The notes under the pieces: model-generated
Database searches by the model: none
Seen by the model: the letters and a program-made list of their open reading frames with translations, nothing else
Told to the model about the DNA's origin: nothing
NCBI GenBank assembly: GCA_963836075.1
Contig: CAWIIB010000001.1
Span: 128,001 to 192,000, forward strand
Length of the DNA stretch: 64,000 nt
Direction of reading: 5' to 3'
From: an uncultured Acidobacteriota bacterium
GTDB taxonomy: Bacteria; Acidobacteriota; JAQAZP01
In this document: piece after piece, positions 8,171 through 17,540 of the stretch
How the letters are laid out: each line of letters begins with the position of its first letter
Numbering within the stretch: position 1 is the first letter of the stretch
Made by a program: the position numbers and the translations under genes

Positions 8171-10495
8171 ATGGTGACCCGACGGTCCATTCTCCTGATC
8201 CTCGCCCTGCCGTTCCTCATCTCTCTTTTCCTGCCCGGGCGCCCGGCCGCTGCGCTGACACCCGAAGCAAACCCGCATACCCTGGCCGTGGGGCTGCTCT
8301 CCTCGCGCGATGCGCGTCCGGTGGCGAGGATCGCACCATTCCAATCCCGTGACCGCCTCACGGTGACCCTGGTTCCCTTCCAGGGTCCTCCCGCGAACCA
8401 TTTTGTACAGGGAGAAGTCTTTCTCGCCATGGAGGAGTCGGATCCCGGGGCGGCTGTGGCCAGGGGCCGGGAAGCGAATAGGGAGACGACATTCTCGGTA
8501 CAGGTCTCGTCTCTCGGTGACGCGGAGGCGGCCCGACGGTTCGCCTCACGGGTGCGGGCCCACTGGCCCGAGCAGGAGGTCTGGGTAACCGAATTCCTGC
8601 TGGGCACCGGGAACACGACCCACAGGGTGATGGCCGGCCGGTACACCGACCGCAACAGCGCCATGGCCTTCACCACGGACCTTTCGGCCTATGGCATGGA
8701 CGGTGCCTACGTGGTGCAACTGGAGCCGCCGGGCGATGTGGACGCGGCCGGACTTCCGCTGGTGATCTATTCCGCTTCCACCGGACTGGTCTCCGGCCTG
8801 AAACGTGTATTCTTCGCCGCGGCCACTCCGCAACCCTCCTTCCGGCTGGACGGCGCACCGTACCGCGGCACTCTCGAGGTTCACGGTGGACCGGCGGGTA
8901 TCGTGGCGCTGAACCGAATCGGGATGGAGCAGTATCTCCGCGGAGTTGTGCCCTGCGAGCTGGGCCCCGACCGGTTCCCGCAGCTGGAAGCACTCAAGGC
9001 CCAGGCGGTGACCGCCAGGACCTATGCCCTGAAACACGCCGGCCGGCACCGCAGCGAGGGTTTCGATCTCTGTGACACTCCGCACTGCCAGGTGTACGGC
9101 GGCGCCGGACGGGAGCATCCCCTGAGCAATGAGGCGGTCCTTCAGACCGCCGGCCTGGCCGGGTATTACCAGGGCCGGCTGGCCGAGACCCTCTATACCT
9201 CCACCTGCGGCGGGCACACCGAAATTTCGTCGGCGGTGTTCAGCGGCGAAGCGCCGGCCTACCTCACCGGTGTTCCCTGCACCACCGGACACCGCGGGCC
9301 CGGGATCTCCATACCCCCACCGCTGGTCCGTTCGTTTCCTCGGGTGGTGGAAAAAGAAACGGGAGCCGACCTTGGCTTTGCCCTGGGCCTGCTGTCGGTG
9401 CTGGGGATAGTGGAAGATGGTACGGTCGCCGCAGGGGAAGCCGGCGCCGCCCAGTGGATCAGCAGCGCCGAAGCGGAGCAGTGGAGCGGGCGCCTTGTCT
9501 CCCGGTTCAGACCGGACGGCGGGTCGGCCGCCGGTGGAGCTGACAGCCAGGCAACCCGGGCCCCCACCCGCTGCCAGCTGGCCCACCAGCTGTGCCGTGC
9601 GCTGGGCTGGCGTGAGCGGCTGGAGACCCTGTTCACCACCGATGACCTGGAGGAGATCCTGGGGCCGGGGCAAGGCTGCGACGAGCAGGAGCGGCGCGCG
9701 CTGGCCTACCTGATCACCTCGGGCATCTTTCTCCGCTATCCCGACGGCGGGGCGGCAGCGGAACGGCCCATGTCCCGGGGGAGGTTCGCCGCGGCTCTCT
9801 CCCGGCTGGCCGTGCACCTGGAGCCCGGCCTGTTCACCGAAGCGGCACTCACCGGCGCCGCCGGCGGGAAGTTGATCCTGCGCACCGGGGAGACAGTGGA
9901 ACCCCGGGAGATCGCCCCCCGGGGCGTCCAACTGTTCGAACGGCGTCAGGAGGTCACCAGCGCTGTTCCGGTGAGTCGCCTCCGCAGCGGTGACCGGGTA
10001 CTGGTGCATCTGGACCGGCAGTCCCGGGTAGAGCTGCTGGTCCGGCTTCCCGCATCCGGAGGAGCTGCCGCCGACCGGTACTCGCCCTACGCGTTCTGGT
10101 CCATTGTGGTGCAGCGGGAGACCATTGAGGCCCTGCTGGAGGAGAAGGGGCACCGGGTGGGAAAGCTGGTGGATCTGCAACCGCTGGACCGCGGACCCGG
10201 CGGCCGGCTGAGCAGCCTGCGGGTGGTGGGCTCCAGCGGCAACACGGTGTTGCGGGGGCTGGATGTCCGCTGGAATCTGTCCACCCGGGAAAACCTCTTC
10301 TTCATCGACCGCCTGGCCGGGCCTGACGGGTCAATTCTGGCCTACCGCTTCACCGGCAGGGGCTGGGGCCACGGGGTGGGTATGTGCCAGGTGGGGGCGG
10401 CCGGTCTGGCTGAATCGGGAGCGACTTTTATCGACATCCTCGAGCACTACTATCCCGGAATCGTGGTCCGGCCGGCCGCCGGCAGTGGTCCGTGA
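8171..10495 (+). CDS. SpoIID/LytB-domain peptidoglycan lytic protein with SPOR and SLH-like regions
   Basis: EQYLRGVVPCE...EALKAQAVTARTYA, DLCDTPHCQVYGG, YTSTCGGHTE, GRGWGHGVGMCQVGA...ILEHYYPG. The N-terminal region is SPOR-like (VQVSSL...HRVMAGRY). Confidence 0.9.
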   Translation: MVTRRSILLILALPFLISLFLPGRPAAALTPEANPHTLAVGLLSSRDARPVARIAPFQSRDRLTVTLVPFQGPPANHFVQGEVFLAMEESDPGAAVARGREANRETTFSVQVSSLGDAEAARRFASRVRAHWPEQEVWVTEFLLGTGNTTHRVMAGRYTDRNSAMAFTTDLSAYGMDGAYVVQLEPPGDVDAAGLPLVIYSASTGLVSGLKRVFFAAATPQPSFRLDGAPYRGTLEVHGGPAGIVALNRIGMEQYLRGVVPCELGPDRFPQLEALKAQAVTARTYALKHAGRHRSEGFDLCDTPHCQVYGGAGREHPLSNEAVLQTAGLAGYYQGRLAETLYTSTCGGHTEISSAVFSGEAPAYLTGVPCTTGHRGPGISIPPPLVRSFPRVVEKETGADLGFALGLLSVLGIVEDGTVAAGEAGAAQWISSAEAEQWSGRLVSRFRPDGGSAAGGADSQATRAPTRCQLAHQLCRALGWRERLETLFTTDDLEEILGPGQGCDEQERRALAYLITSGIFLRYPDGGAAAERPMSRGRFAAALSRLAVHLEPGLFTEAALTGAAGGKLILRTGETVEPREIAPRGVQLFERRQEVTSAVPVSRLRSGDRVLVHLDRQSRVELLVRLPASGGAAADRYSPYAFWSIVVQRETIEALLEEKGHRVGKLVDLQPLDRGPGGRLSSLRVVGSSGNTVLRGLDVRWNLSTRENLFFIDRLAGPDGSILAYRFTGRGWGHGVGMCQVGAAGLAESGATFIDILEHYYPGIVVRPAAGSGP

Positions 10496-10511
10496 TGCCG
10501 TGGAGGGTGCA

Positions 10512-11462
10512 ATGGCAGAGGTGAACGGCCCTCCGGTGGTGGCCATTCTCGGGCCCACGGCGGTGGGCAAGAGCCGTGTGGGGATCGGCCTGGCCCAGCG
10601 CCTGGGCGGTGAGATTATCTGTGCCGATTCGCGGCAGCTTTACCGTCTGCTGGACCTGGGGACGGACAAGGTCCCGCAGACGGACCAGGGCGGCATCCCG
10701 CACCACCTGCAGGATTCGGTGGATCCGCACAGACCGATGACCGCTGGAGTCTTCACCCGAATGGCCGACCAGGCCCTGGCCGGTATCCGACTTCGCGGGG
10801 CGCTCCCCCTGCTGGTGGGAGGCAGCGGCCTCTACGTGGAAGCTTTTCTCGGTGGGCTTTTCCAGGGACCGGAACGGGACGAGGAACTGCGGGGCCGGCT
10901 GCGGGTCTCCCGGGGCCGGCGCGGCGAGCGCTGGCTGCACCGGATGCTGCAACGGGTCGACCCGGTTACCGCCGACCGGCTGGCCGTCCGGGATCAACAG
11001 CGGATCGTGCGGGCCCTGGAGGTTTGCTTTCTCACCGGCCGCCCGCTTTCCAGCCACCTGGCAGGAGAACAGGACCGCAAGTCCGGGGACCGGGTGTCCC
11101 ACGTGCGGGTCGGTCTGACCATGCCCCGGGATCGTCTGGTCCGCCGAATCGAGGACCGTGTGGATCAGATGTTCCAGGCCGGTCTGGTGGATGAGGTGCG
11201 CCGCCTGCTGGCCGGTGGGCTGGACCCGGCAGCCCCGGCGATGAGCGCCATCGGCTACCGTGAAGTGGTTCTGGCCCTGGACGGAAGGTTGGCCGGCGGT
11301 GAAGACGAGGCGCGGGAACTGATCAAGCGCAACACGCGCCGGTTGGCCAAGCGGCAGCTGACCTGGCTGCGCCACCACGGCGACATCACCTGGTTCGAAA
11401 GGGAAGCGGACGGGGAAACGGTGAAAAAGATTGAACAGCACCTCTCCGGGCTGTTACAATAG
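10512..11462 (+). CDS. miaA: tRNA dimethylallyltransferase
   Basis: GPTAVGKS, ADSRQLY, VGGSGLY, AIGYRE and TRRLAKRQLTW motifs; GGAGG RBS; upstream of hfq. Confidence 0.96.
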   Translation: MAEVNGPPVVAILGPTAVGKSRVGIGLAQRLGGEIICADSRQLYRLLDLGTDKVPQTDQGGIPHHLQDSVDPHRPMTAGVFTRMADQALAGIRLRGALPLLVGGSGLYVEAFLGGLFQGPERDEELRGRLRVSRGRRGERWLHRMLQRVDPVTADRLAVRDQQRIVRALEVCFLTGRPLSSHLAGEQDRKSGDRVSHVRVGLTMPRDRLVRRIEDRVDQMFQAGLVDEVRRLLAGGLDPAAPAMSAIGYREVVLALDGRLAGGEDEARELIKRNTRRLAKRQLTWLRHHGDITWFEREADGETVKKIEQHLSGLLQ

Positions 11463-11538
11463 AGACAGCATGTGCACCACATCGCAAGCTGCAGGAACCT
11501 CCGGCGACAATAACAAGTAAACAGGATTGGTGATACTG

Positions 11539-11796
11539 ATGCAAAAAGAAACATTCAATATTCAGGACGCTTTTTTTAACAATGCCCGGAAGGAAAAAAC
11601 GCAGATCACCATCTACCTGATCAACGGGATCAAACTCCTCGGACGGATCAAAAGCTTCGACAAGTTCACCGTCATCCTCGGAAACGGACACCAGGAGCAG
11701 ATGATTTTCAAGCACGCCATTTCGACCATCTCCACCCCGCGGGCCATGGGACATCACTCCGATTCGGGGAGCGCGGATCGGCCTCCGAGAAACTGA
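11539..11796 (+). CDS. hfq: RNA chaperone Hfq
   Basis: IQDAFFN...IYLINGIKLLGRIKSFDKFTV...QMIFKHAISTI (Sm1/Sm2 motifs); miaA-hfq synteny. Confidence 0.97.
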   Translation: MQKETFNIQDAFFNNARKEKTQITIYLINGIKLLGRIKSFDKFTVILGNGHQEQMIFKHAISTISTPRAMGHHSDSGSADRPPRN

Positions 11797-11875
11797 TCCG
11801 TCATCCAGCACTGCAGGCGACCGGTCGGTGCCGGGCCACGGTGGAACCGGGCTCGGGCACAACGGGGTAACGGGT

Positions 11876-13270
11876 TTGTTCTCTCGCTCTTCGATCATCA
11901 TTGCCATGCTGGCGGTTTTCCTGTTCGTCGCCCATGGCTGCATGGTGAAGCAGGGTGCCGGCCAGGATCCGCAGAGTAGCGGAAACAGGCTGCTCCTCGA
12001 CGCGCTTCCCACCGACGCTGAAGGTCTGGCTGCGGTGGACCTGACGCCGGATCTGGTTCGGGGGTGGAAAGTCCTGCGCGCCGGCCGTTTTGCCATGGCC
12101 GAAGAGATCTTCGCCCGGGCGGTTGACGGGGCGTCAATGCCGGCGGGGGCCGGCAGGGCCGCGGCTCTCAGCGGCCTGGGCTTTTCTCGTCTGGGGTTGT
12201 CGAGGCACCGGGAGGCCGGTGAGGCCTTTGAACGTGCGCTGGAGACGCAACCGCACTACGGACCCGCCCTGCTGGGCCAGGCGCTGCGGCTGCGGTTGCT
12301 GGGGCGAGCGGAGGAGAGCGTGGCGCTCTACGAGATACTCTCCGCGCAATACCCGAACAGCGCCACCATCCGGATCGAAGCGCAGGCGGCCGGCCTGGAA
12401 GCCGTGCAGCAACTGGTCCGCAGCGGTGACGCTCTGGCGGACCGCGATCCTGAGGCGGCAGCCCTGCTCTACCGTCAGGCCATCGACATCGATCCCGACC
12501 TTCCCCGGCTCTACGGGCTGCTCGCGGCAGCACTGGAATCGAGCGGCGAATACAAAGAGGCCCTGCAGGCCCTGGAGCAGGCGCTGTCGCTGTCCCGGGG
12601 GGAAGAGGCTGAGGCGATCCGTGAACGGCTGGCCTGGCTCGAACTGGAACAGGGGAGCCCGCAGCGAGCCGTCAGTCTGTTCCAGACGCTGCTGCAGTCC
12701 GAAACCGGCGATCCGGCGCATTTTCTGGAGGGGTTGCGCCAGGCCGAGGAAAAGCTGCGCCAGGCGAAGATCCCCGCAGAATACCGGCAATTGCTGTCCG
12801 GCGCTATCCCGCTGGATCGCGGCGGGCTGGCGGCGATCATCTCGCTGGAATACGGCTGGGGCGAGGGGCCGGGCCCCACCGGGGGCGTGCGGCCGCTGGT
12901 GATCCGCGACGCGGCTTCCCACTGGTCGCAGCCCTATGTCCGTGGTGTGGTTGACCGTGGGGTGATGGATCTTTACCAGAACCACACTTTTCGGCCTTCC
13001 ACTCCGGTGAGCCGCGGTGATCTGGCCTTCGCGGCCTGCCGGCTGCTGGACCGCTGCGGCGGTGCGGGTGCCGAAGGGGAAGAGCCGGTGGCCATTGGCG
13101 ACCTGAACAGCGACCACCGGCACTACCACTGTGTCTGCCGGCTGGTGAGCCTTGGACTGCTGCTCCGTTTTCCCGATACTACGGTGCGGATCAACACCCC
13201 GGCCACCGGGACCGATGCACTGGAACTGGTCTCGGCGATGCACCAAAGATTCGGTGAACCTGAACCCTGA
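11876..13270 (+). CDS. TPR lipoprotein with C-terminal SLH (S-layer homology) domains
   Basis: Lipobox-like FVAHGC; TPR repeats; HWSQPYVRGVVDRGVMDLYQNHTFRPSTPVSRGDLA resembles an SLH domain. Start codon uncertain. Confidence 0.75.
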   Translation: MFSRSSIIIAMLAVFLFVAHGCMVKQGAGQDPQSSGNRLLLDALPTDAEGLAAVDLTPDLVRGWKVLRAGRFAMAEEIFARAVDGASMPAGAGRAAALSGLGFSRLGLSRHREAGEAFERALETQPHYGPALLGQALRLRLLGRAEESVALYEILSAQYPNSATIRIEAQAAGLEAVQQLVRSGDALADRDPEAAALLYRQAIDIDPDLPRLYGLLAAALESSGEYKEALQALEQALSLSRGEEAEAIRERLAWLELEQGSPQRAVSLFQTLLQSETGDPAHFLEGLRQAEEKLRQAKIPAEYRQLLSGAIPLDRGGLAAIISLEYGWGEGPGPTGGVRPLVIRDAASHWSQPYVRGVVDRGVMDLYQNHTFRPSTPVSRGDLAFAACRLLDRCGGAGAEGEEPVAIGDLNSDHRHYHCVCRLVSLGLLLRFPDTTVRINTPATGTDALELVSAMHQRFGEPEP

Positions 13271-13437
13271 CCGCGAAATGACCGATGTTCGCGGTTTCTT
13301 GCTTTTGCAATGGACCTTGGAGTATATTCCCTCTCATGTTTGTTGGGAAATGATAACAGAATCAACCAGATAGACATTGTCTCGGCCTCGGGCCACGCCC
13401 CCGGCCGCTCATCACCGGTGACAGCGGCACGCTCCTG

Positions 13438-13989
13438 ATGACCTGGACCACTGCCAATCTGCTGACCCTCGCACGGATCCTGCTGATTCCGTTCATCGTC
13501 TTCTGGATGGTTCAGGAGCGATACACACTGACCCTGTTCCTCTTCCTGGTCATGGCCCTGACCGACATCCTCGACGGGTATATTGCCCGTCGCTGGCAGC
13601 AGCGAACAGTGCTCGGGTCCTACCTCGACCCCATCGCGGACAAACTGCTCCTGGTGACATCGTTCATCTGTCTGGCCTGGATGGGGCAGATTCCGGTCTG
13701 GCTGGTGATCTGGACCGTGCTCCGTGACGTTCTCATCTCCGTCTCGGCGATCTTTGTCAGGGTCACCGTGGGAGCGATCAGCTTTCCGCCAACCATCTGG
13801 GGCAAGTTGACAACTTTTTTCCAGCTGGCCCTGGTGCTGGCGGTGCTGCTGGTCAACGCCGTGCCGCTGGCGGCGCCCTGGCTGGTCAGCGGCCTGGTCT
13901 GGCTCACTCTCTTTTTCACGCTGTTTTCCGGTTTCCACTACATTTACCACCTTTCCCGCATCATCTCCCGCACCATGAACGGGCGATGA
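13438..13989 (+). CDS. CDP-alcohol phosphatidyltransferase (PgsA-like)
   Basis: ANLLTLARI, TDILDGYIARR...GSYLDPIADKLL and WGKLTT motifs. Confidence 0.92.
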   Translation: MTWTTANLLTLARILLIPFIVFWMVQERYTLTLFLFLVMALTDILDGYIARRWQQRTVLGSYLDPIADKLLLVTSFICLAWMGQIPVWLVIWTVLRDVLISVSAIFVRVTVGAISFPPTIWGKLTTFFQLALVLAVLLVNAVPLAAPWLVSGLVWLTLFFTLFSGFHYIYHLSRIISRTMNGR

Positions 13990-14026
13990 ACAGGAGATCC
14001 CGCTCCGATCAACGGAAGGGCCAATC

Positions 14027-14056
14027 TTGACAGTGTCCGGTCCCTGTACCTACAAT
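14027..14056 (+). promoter_or_regulatory. Sigma70-type promoter
   Basis: TTGACA-N18-TACAAT. Confidence 0.6.
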
Positions 14057-14089
14057 CCCCCGTCTCCTGGAACAGCACAACCAGCGGTG

Positions 14090-14554
14090 ATGCACGTGGC
14101 CAAAAAAGTGAAATCAAGAACGCCCGCGTCGGAGAAGAAGGATCAGCCCGCGCCGGTTCGGCGCCCGGCGCCTGAACAGGTGCGCAAGGCGTTGACGGCC
14201 TGCTTTTTCGGCTGGATCATCCCCGGGGCCGGCCACTGGTATCTGGGGAAGAGGGGACGAGCTGCGATCTTTCTCGGGGTGGTCGTATTGCTGCTGGTGC
14301 TGGGCATTGTCATGGACGGGCAGATATACCGGGCACAGAAGGACCAGCCGCTCACCGTGCTGGCCGCCTTTGCCAGCATGGGCAACGGACCGGTTCACTT
14401 CCTGCTGCGCCAGAGCCGCTGGACCTCCGAGGGGCGCGGAGACAACCGGTCTCCGTCCTACGAATTCGGCAACACGTTCATCCTGGTGGCCGGCCTGCTG
14501 AATATGCTGATCATCCTTGACGCCTATGATGTCGGAGTGGGCTACAAACCCTGA
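14090..14554 (+). CDS. DUF6677-like membrane protein
   Basis: GWIIPGAGHWYLGKRGRA, then a TM segment, then YEFGNTFILVAGLLNMLIILDAYD. Confidence 0.7.
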   Translation: MHVAKKVKSRTPASEKKDQPAPVRRPAPEQVRKALTACFFGWIIPGAGHWYLGKRGRAAIFLGVVVLLLVLGIVMDGQIYRAQKDQPLTVLAAFASMGNGPVHFLLRQSRWTSEGRGDNRSPSYEFGNTFILVAGLLNMLIILDAYDVGVGYKP

Positions 14555-14567
14555 GGGCTGGCCGGGC

Positions 14568-14741
14568 ATGCTCAATCACATCACCCTGATGATACTGTTC
14601 GCCGCCGCGGTGGCCACTGTTTTCGCCTGCCTGGGCAAGGACGGACTGCGCGAGCGATTTCTCTTTGGCCTTTTGCTCTTTCTGGGCCTGCTGGCCGGAG
14701 GACTGGCTCTCAGCTGGTTGATGTTCCCCTTTCCCCGATGA
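14568..14741 (+). CDS. Small two-TM membrane protein (57 aa)
   Basis: MLNHITLMILFAAAVATVFACL...LSWLMFPFPR; two hydrophobic helices; directly after DUF6677. Confidence 0.7.
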   Translation: MLNHITLMILFAAAVATVFACLGKDGLRERFLFGLLLFLGLLAGGLALSWLMFPFPR

Positions 14742-14850
14742 ATTGCAACAGTCCCGGCAGAGTCGACGCACCGTCGCGGCTGGTGCTCAACCGCACCGCC
14801 ATGCCGCTCTGCGCCTGGCTGGCCCCCATGCTGGACCGCGGTGCTGATTC

Positions 14851-14879
14851 TTGACATCTCCACTGTCCTGGGCTACATT
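14851..14879 (+). promoter_or_regulatory. Sigma70-type promoter
   Basis: TTGACA-N17-TACATT upstream of the CsgG-like gene. Confidence 0.6.
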
Positions 14880-15004
14880 TTTTGCCGATACCTGCAAGCG
14901 TCACAGCGTAGACATTGATCTTGGGGAACCATCCCTGCTCGGGCACTGACAAGTTCCAGCCCCGTGCCGCGCGGGAGGTACCTTTCAACAAGGGAGACGT
15001 GGAG

Positions 15005-15930
15005 ATGAAGAAACGATCGACCACCATCGGCCTGGTTCTGTCAATCGCCCTCGCGCTGCTGCTTTCAGCCGCTGGTTCCCCTGAAGTGCTGGCCGGGAAG
15101 CCGCGGGTGGCGGTGATCGCCTTCGACAGCGAGGAGCGCAACTTCTGGAGTCACTGGCTGGATCACAAGGGCGACGTGGAATTCGAGGTCAACGCCCTGT
15201 TCATGAACGAGCTGGTCAAATCGGGCAAGTTCACCGTCATCGAACGGCAGCGGCTGGACGACATCCTCCAGGAGCAGGGGCTCTCCCTGTCCGGACAGGT
15301 CAGCGCCAGTTCCGCCGTGAGCGCCGGAAAACTCCTCGGTGTGGACTACATGCTCACCGGCCGGATCACCAAGTTCGGTGAACGGCAGGTGGGGGGCAGG
15401 CCGGCTGGCGCATCGCCATGAGCGCGAAGAAGAAAACCCTGGAGGGCGGCCTGTCGGTGCGCCTGATCAACACCACCACCGGTGAGATCGTCTTTGCCGA
15501 CGAGGCCACCGGCGAGAACAGCAACTTCAAGATCACCGTCTTCGGCACCGGCGGGGGAGTGGACTACGACGAGACTGCCGTGGACAAGGTCTTCCGCCCG
15601 GCCGTCGAGGAGCTGAGCCGCAAACTGATCGACAAGGCGTCCGGCCTGACCGGTTCTGACGGTTCGCGTCCGGCGGTTCAGGGAAAAATATCCAAGATCT
15701 CCGGTGACCTGGTCTATCTCAATATGGGTGCCAACAAAGGCGTCAAGGTGGGTGACAGCTTCACCGTCTTCGCCCTGGGCGAGGAGATCATCGATCCCGA
15801 CACCGGGGAGTCCCTGGGGTCCGAGGAGACCGAGGTGGGCAAGGTGGAGGTGGTGGAGGTCAAGGCGAAATACTCCAAGGCGCGGGTGACCAGCGGCTCC
15901 GGGATGACCGCGGGAAGCGCGGTGCGCTGA
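15005..15930 (+). CDS. CsgG/HfaB-family protein with FlgT-C-like domain; split by a frameshift in the G run at 15391-15396
   Basis: VAVIAFD...SGKFTVIERQRLDDILQEQ...AGKLLGVDYMLTGRITKFG, then VRLINTTTGEIVFADEATG and VYLNMGANKGVKVGD...IIDPDTGESLG. One added G joins ORFs 14915-15421 and 15418-15930. Confidence 0.82.
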
Positions 15931-15960
15931 CCGGAAAGGGCCACAGAGGGCGAACGAATG

Positions 15961-15995
15961 GCGGGAGAACCGTTGCACTGCGGTTCTCCCGCTTT
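15961..15995 (+). terminator. Hairpin terminator
   Basis: GCGGGAGAACCG/CGGTTCTCCCGC followed by TTT. Confidence 0.65.
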
Positions 15996-16084
15996 GTACC
16001 ATGGGCGACGGTATGCATTCTCGGCGGCGCGCTTTCCCGGAGGTCGGGAGACCGGGGTCTCCGATTCATGAAGGGACGGCCCAC

Positions 16085-17065
16085 ATGGCCAGAAAACGGC
16101 TTTTCAGCGGTATCCAGCCCAGTGGAGAGATCCACATCGGCAACTATCTCGGCGCGATCCGCAAGTGGGTCGAATTGCTTGACGATTACGATGCCATTTT
16201 CTGTATCGTCGATTACCACGCCTACACCGTCCCCCAGGACCCGGCCACCATGCAGCAGCGGATATTCGAGGCGGCGCTGGTCAACATGGCCTGCGGCCTG
16301 GAACCCGGCCGCTGCACCCTGTTCGTGCAGTCCGCGGTACCCGAGCACACGGAACTGGCCTGGGTTCTGAGCACCCTCGCCCCATTAGGGGTGCTGGAGC
16401 GGATGACCCAGTTCAAGGAGAAATCGCGGCGCAACGAAAAAAATGTCAACGCCGGCCTGTTCACCTATCCCGTTCTGCAGGCGGCGGACATCCTGCTCTA
16501 CAAGGCATCGGCGGTCCCGGTGGGCGAAGACCAGTCACAGCACCTGGAGCTGTCCCGCGACCTGGCCCGCAAGTTCAACCGGATCTATGGCGACACCTTC
16601 CCCGAACCGACCACGATCCTCGGCGAGGGCGCCCGCATCATGGGGTTGGACGGCAAGGCGAAAATGAGCAAGAGCCTCGACAACTACATCGGGATGATGG
16701 ATTCTCCGGATCTGGTGAAGAAGAAGCTGGGACCGGCATTCACCGATCCGGCCCGTGTACGCCGTGACGATCCGGGAAACCCAGAAATTTGTAACATCTT
16801 CACCCTGCACAAGCTCTTCTCACCCGACGACACCGTGGCCACCGTGGACCAGGAGTGCCGGCGGGCCGGCATCGGCTGTTTCGATTGTAAAATGATGCTG
16901 CACCAGCATATGACCACCGCCCTGGAGCCGATCCAGCAGCGGGCCAGGGAACTGCAGGCCGACCCGAGCCAGGTCCGCGGGATGCTGGAGCAGGGCGCCG
17001 AACGGGCCGGGGCCATGGCCCGGGAAACCATGGACGAAACCCGCCGGAAGATGGGGCTTCGCTGA
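16085..17065 (+). CDS. trpS: Tryptophan--tRNA ligase
   Basis: [14 protein letters not shown] (HIGH), [17 protein letters not shown] and KMSKS motifs. Confidence 0.97.
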   Translation: MARKRLFSGIQPSGEIHIGNYLGAIRKWVELLDDYDAIFCIVDYHAYTVPQDPATMQQRIFEAALVNMACGLEPGRCTLFVQSAVPEHTELAWVLSTLAPLGVLERMTQFKEKSRRNEKNVNAGLFTYPVLQAADILLYKASAVPVGEDQSQHLELSRDLARKFNRIYGDTFPEPTTILGEGARIMGLDGKAKMSKSLDNYIGMMDSPDLVKKKLGPAFTDPARVRRDDPGNPEICNIFTLHKLFSPDDTVATVDQECRRAGIGCFDCKMMLHQHMTTALEPIQQRARELQADPSQVRGMLEQGAERAGAMARETMDETRRKMGLR

Positions 17066-17106
17066 CCGCTGCCGCCGTGGTGCGGTGCAGGAGAGTTTGG
17101 GATGCC

Positions 17107-17517
17107 ATGAACGGATTGCCGCGCAACCCCCGGCCCACGGTGGACCTGATCATCCGTGACCGGCAGGACCGGGTGGTGCTGATCAAGCGACGCAACCCGC
17201 CGCATGGCTGGGCGCTCCCGGGCGGCTTCGTGGACTACGGTGAAGACCTGGAGTCGGCGGCGATCCGGGAAGCCCTGGAGGAGACCTCGCTTCAAGTGGT
17301 GCTGGAACGGCAGTTCCACACCTACTCCCACCCGGACCGGGATCCCCGCGGGCACACCATCACCACCGTTTTCCTGGCCACCATCCGCGCCGGTCTGCTG
17401 CAGGCCGCCGATGATGCAGCCGACGCGTCGTTCTTCAGTCGCGAACAGATCGATACCGCCGGTCTGGCGTTCGACCACGGCCAGATCCTGCTCGACTATT
17501 TCGCGGGCCGCTACTGA
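17107..17517 (+). CDS. NUDIX hydrolase (ADP-ribose pyrophosphatase-like)
   Basis: [26 protein letters not shown] Nudix box; RDPRGH; LAFDH. Confidence 0.92.
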   Translation: MNGLPRNPRPTVDLIIRDRQDRVVLIKRRNPPHGWALPGGFVDYGEDLESAAIREALEETSLQVVLERQFHTYSHPDRDPRGHTITTVFLATIRAGLLQAADDAADASFFSREQIDTAGLAFDHGQILLDYFAGRY

Positions 17518-17540
17518 AGCCCGGCGGGGAAACTGCCCGC

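Noticed and set aside
15996-16084. T-box or attenuator upstream of trpS
   Set aside because: The region is too short, with no T-box consensus or Trp-codon leader peptide.
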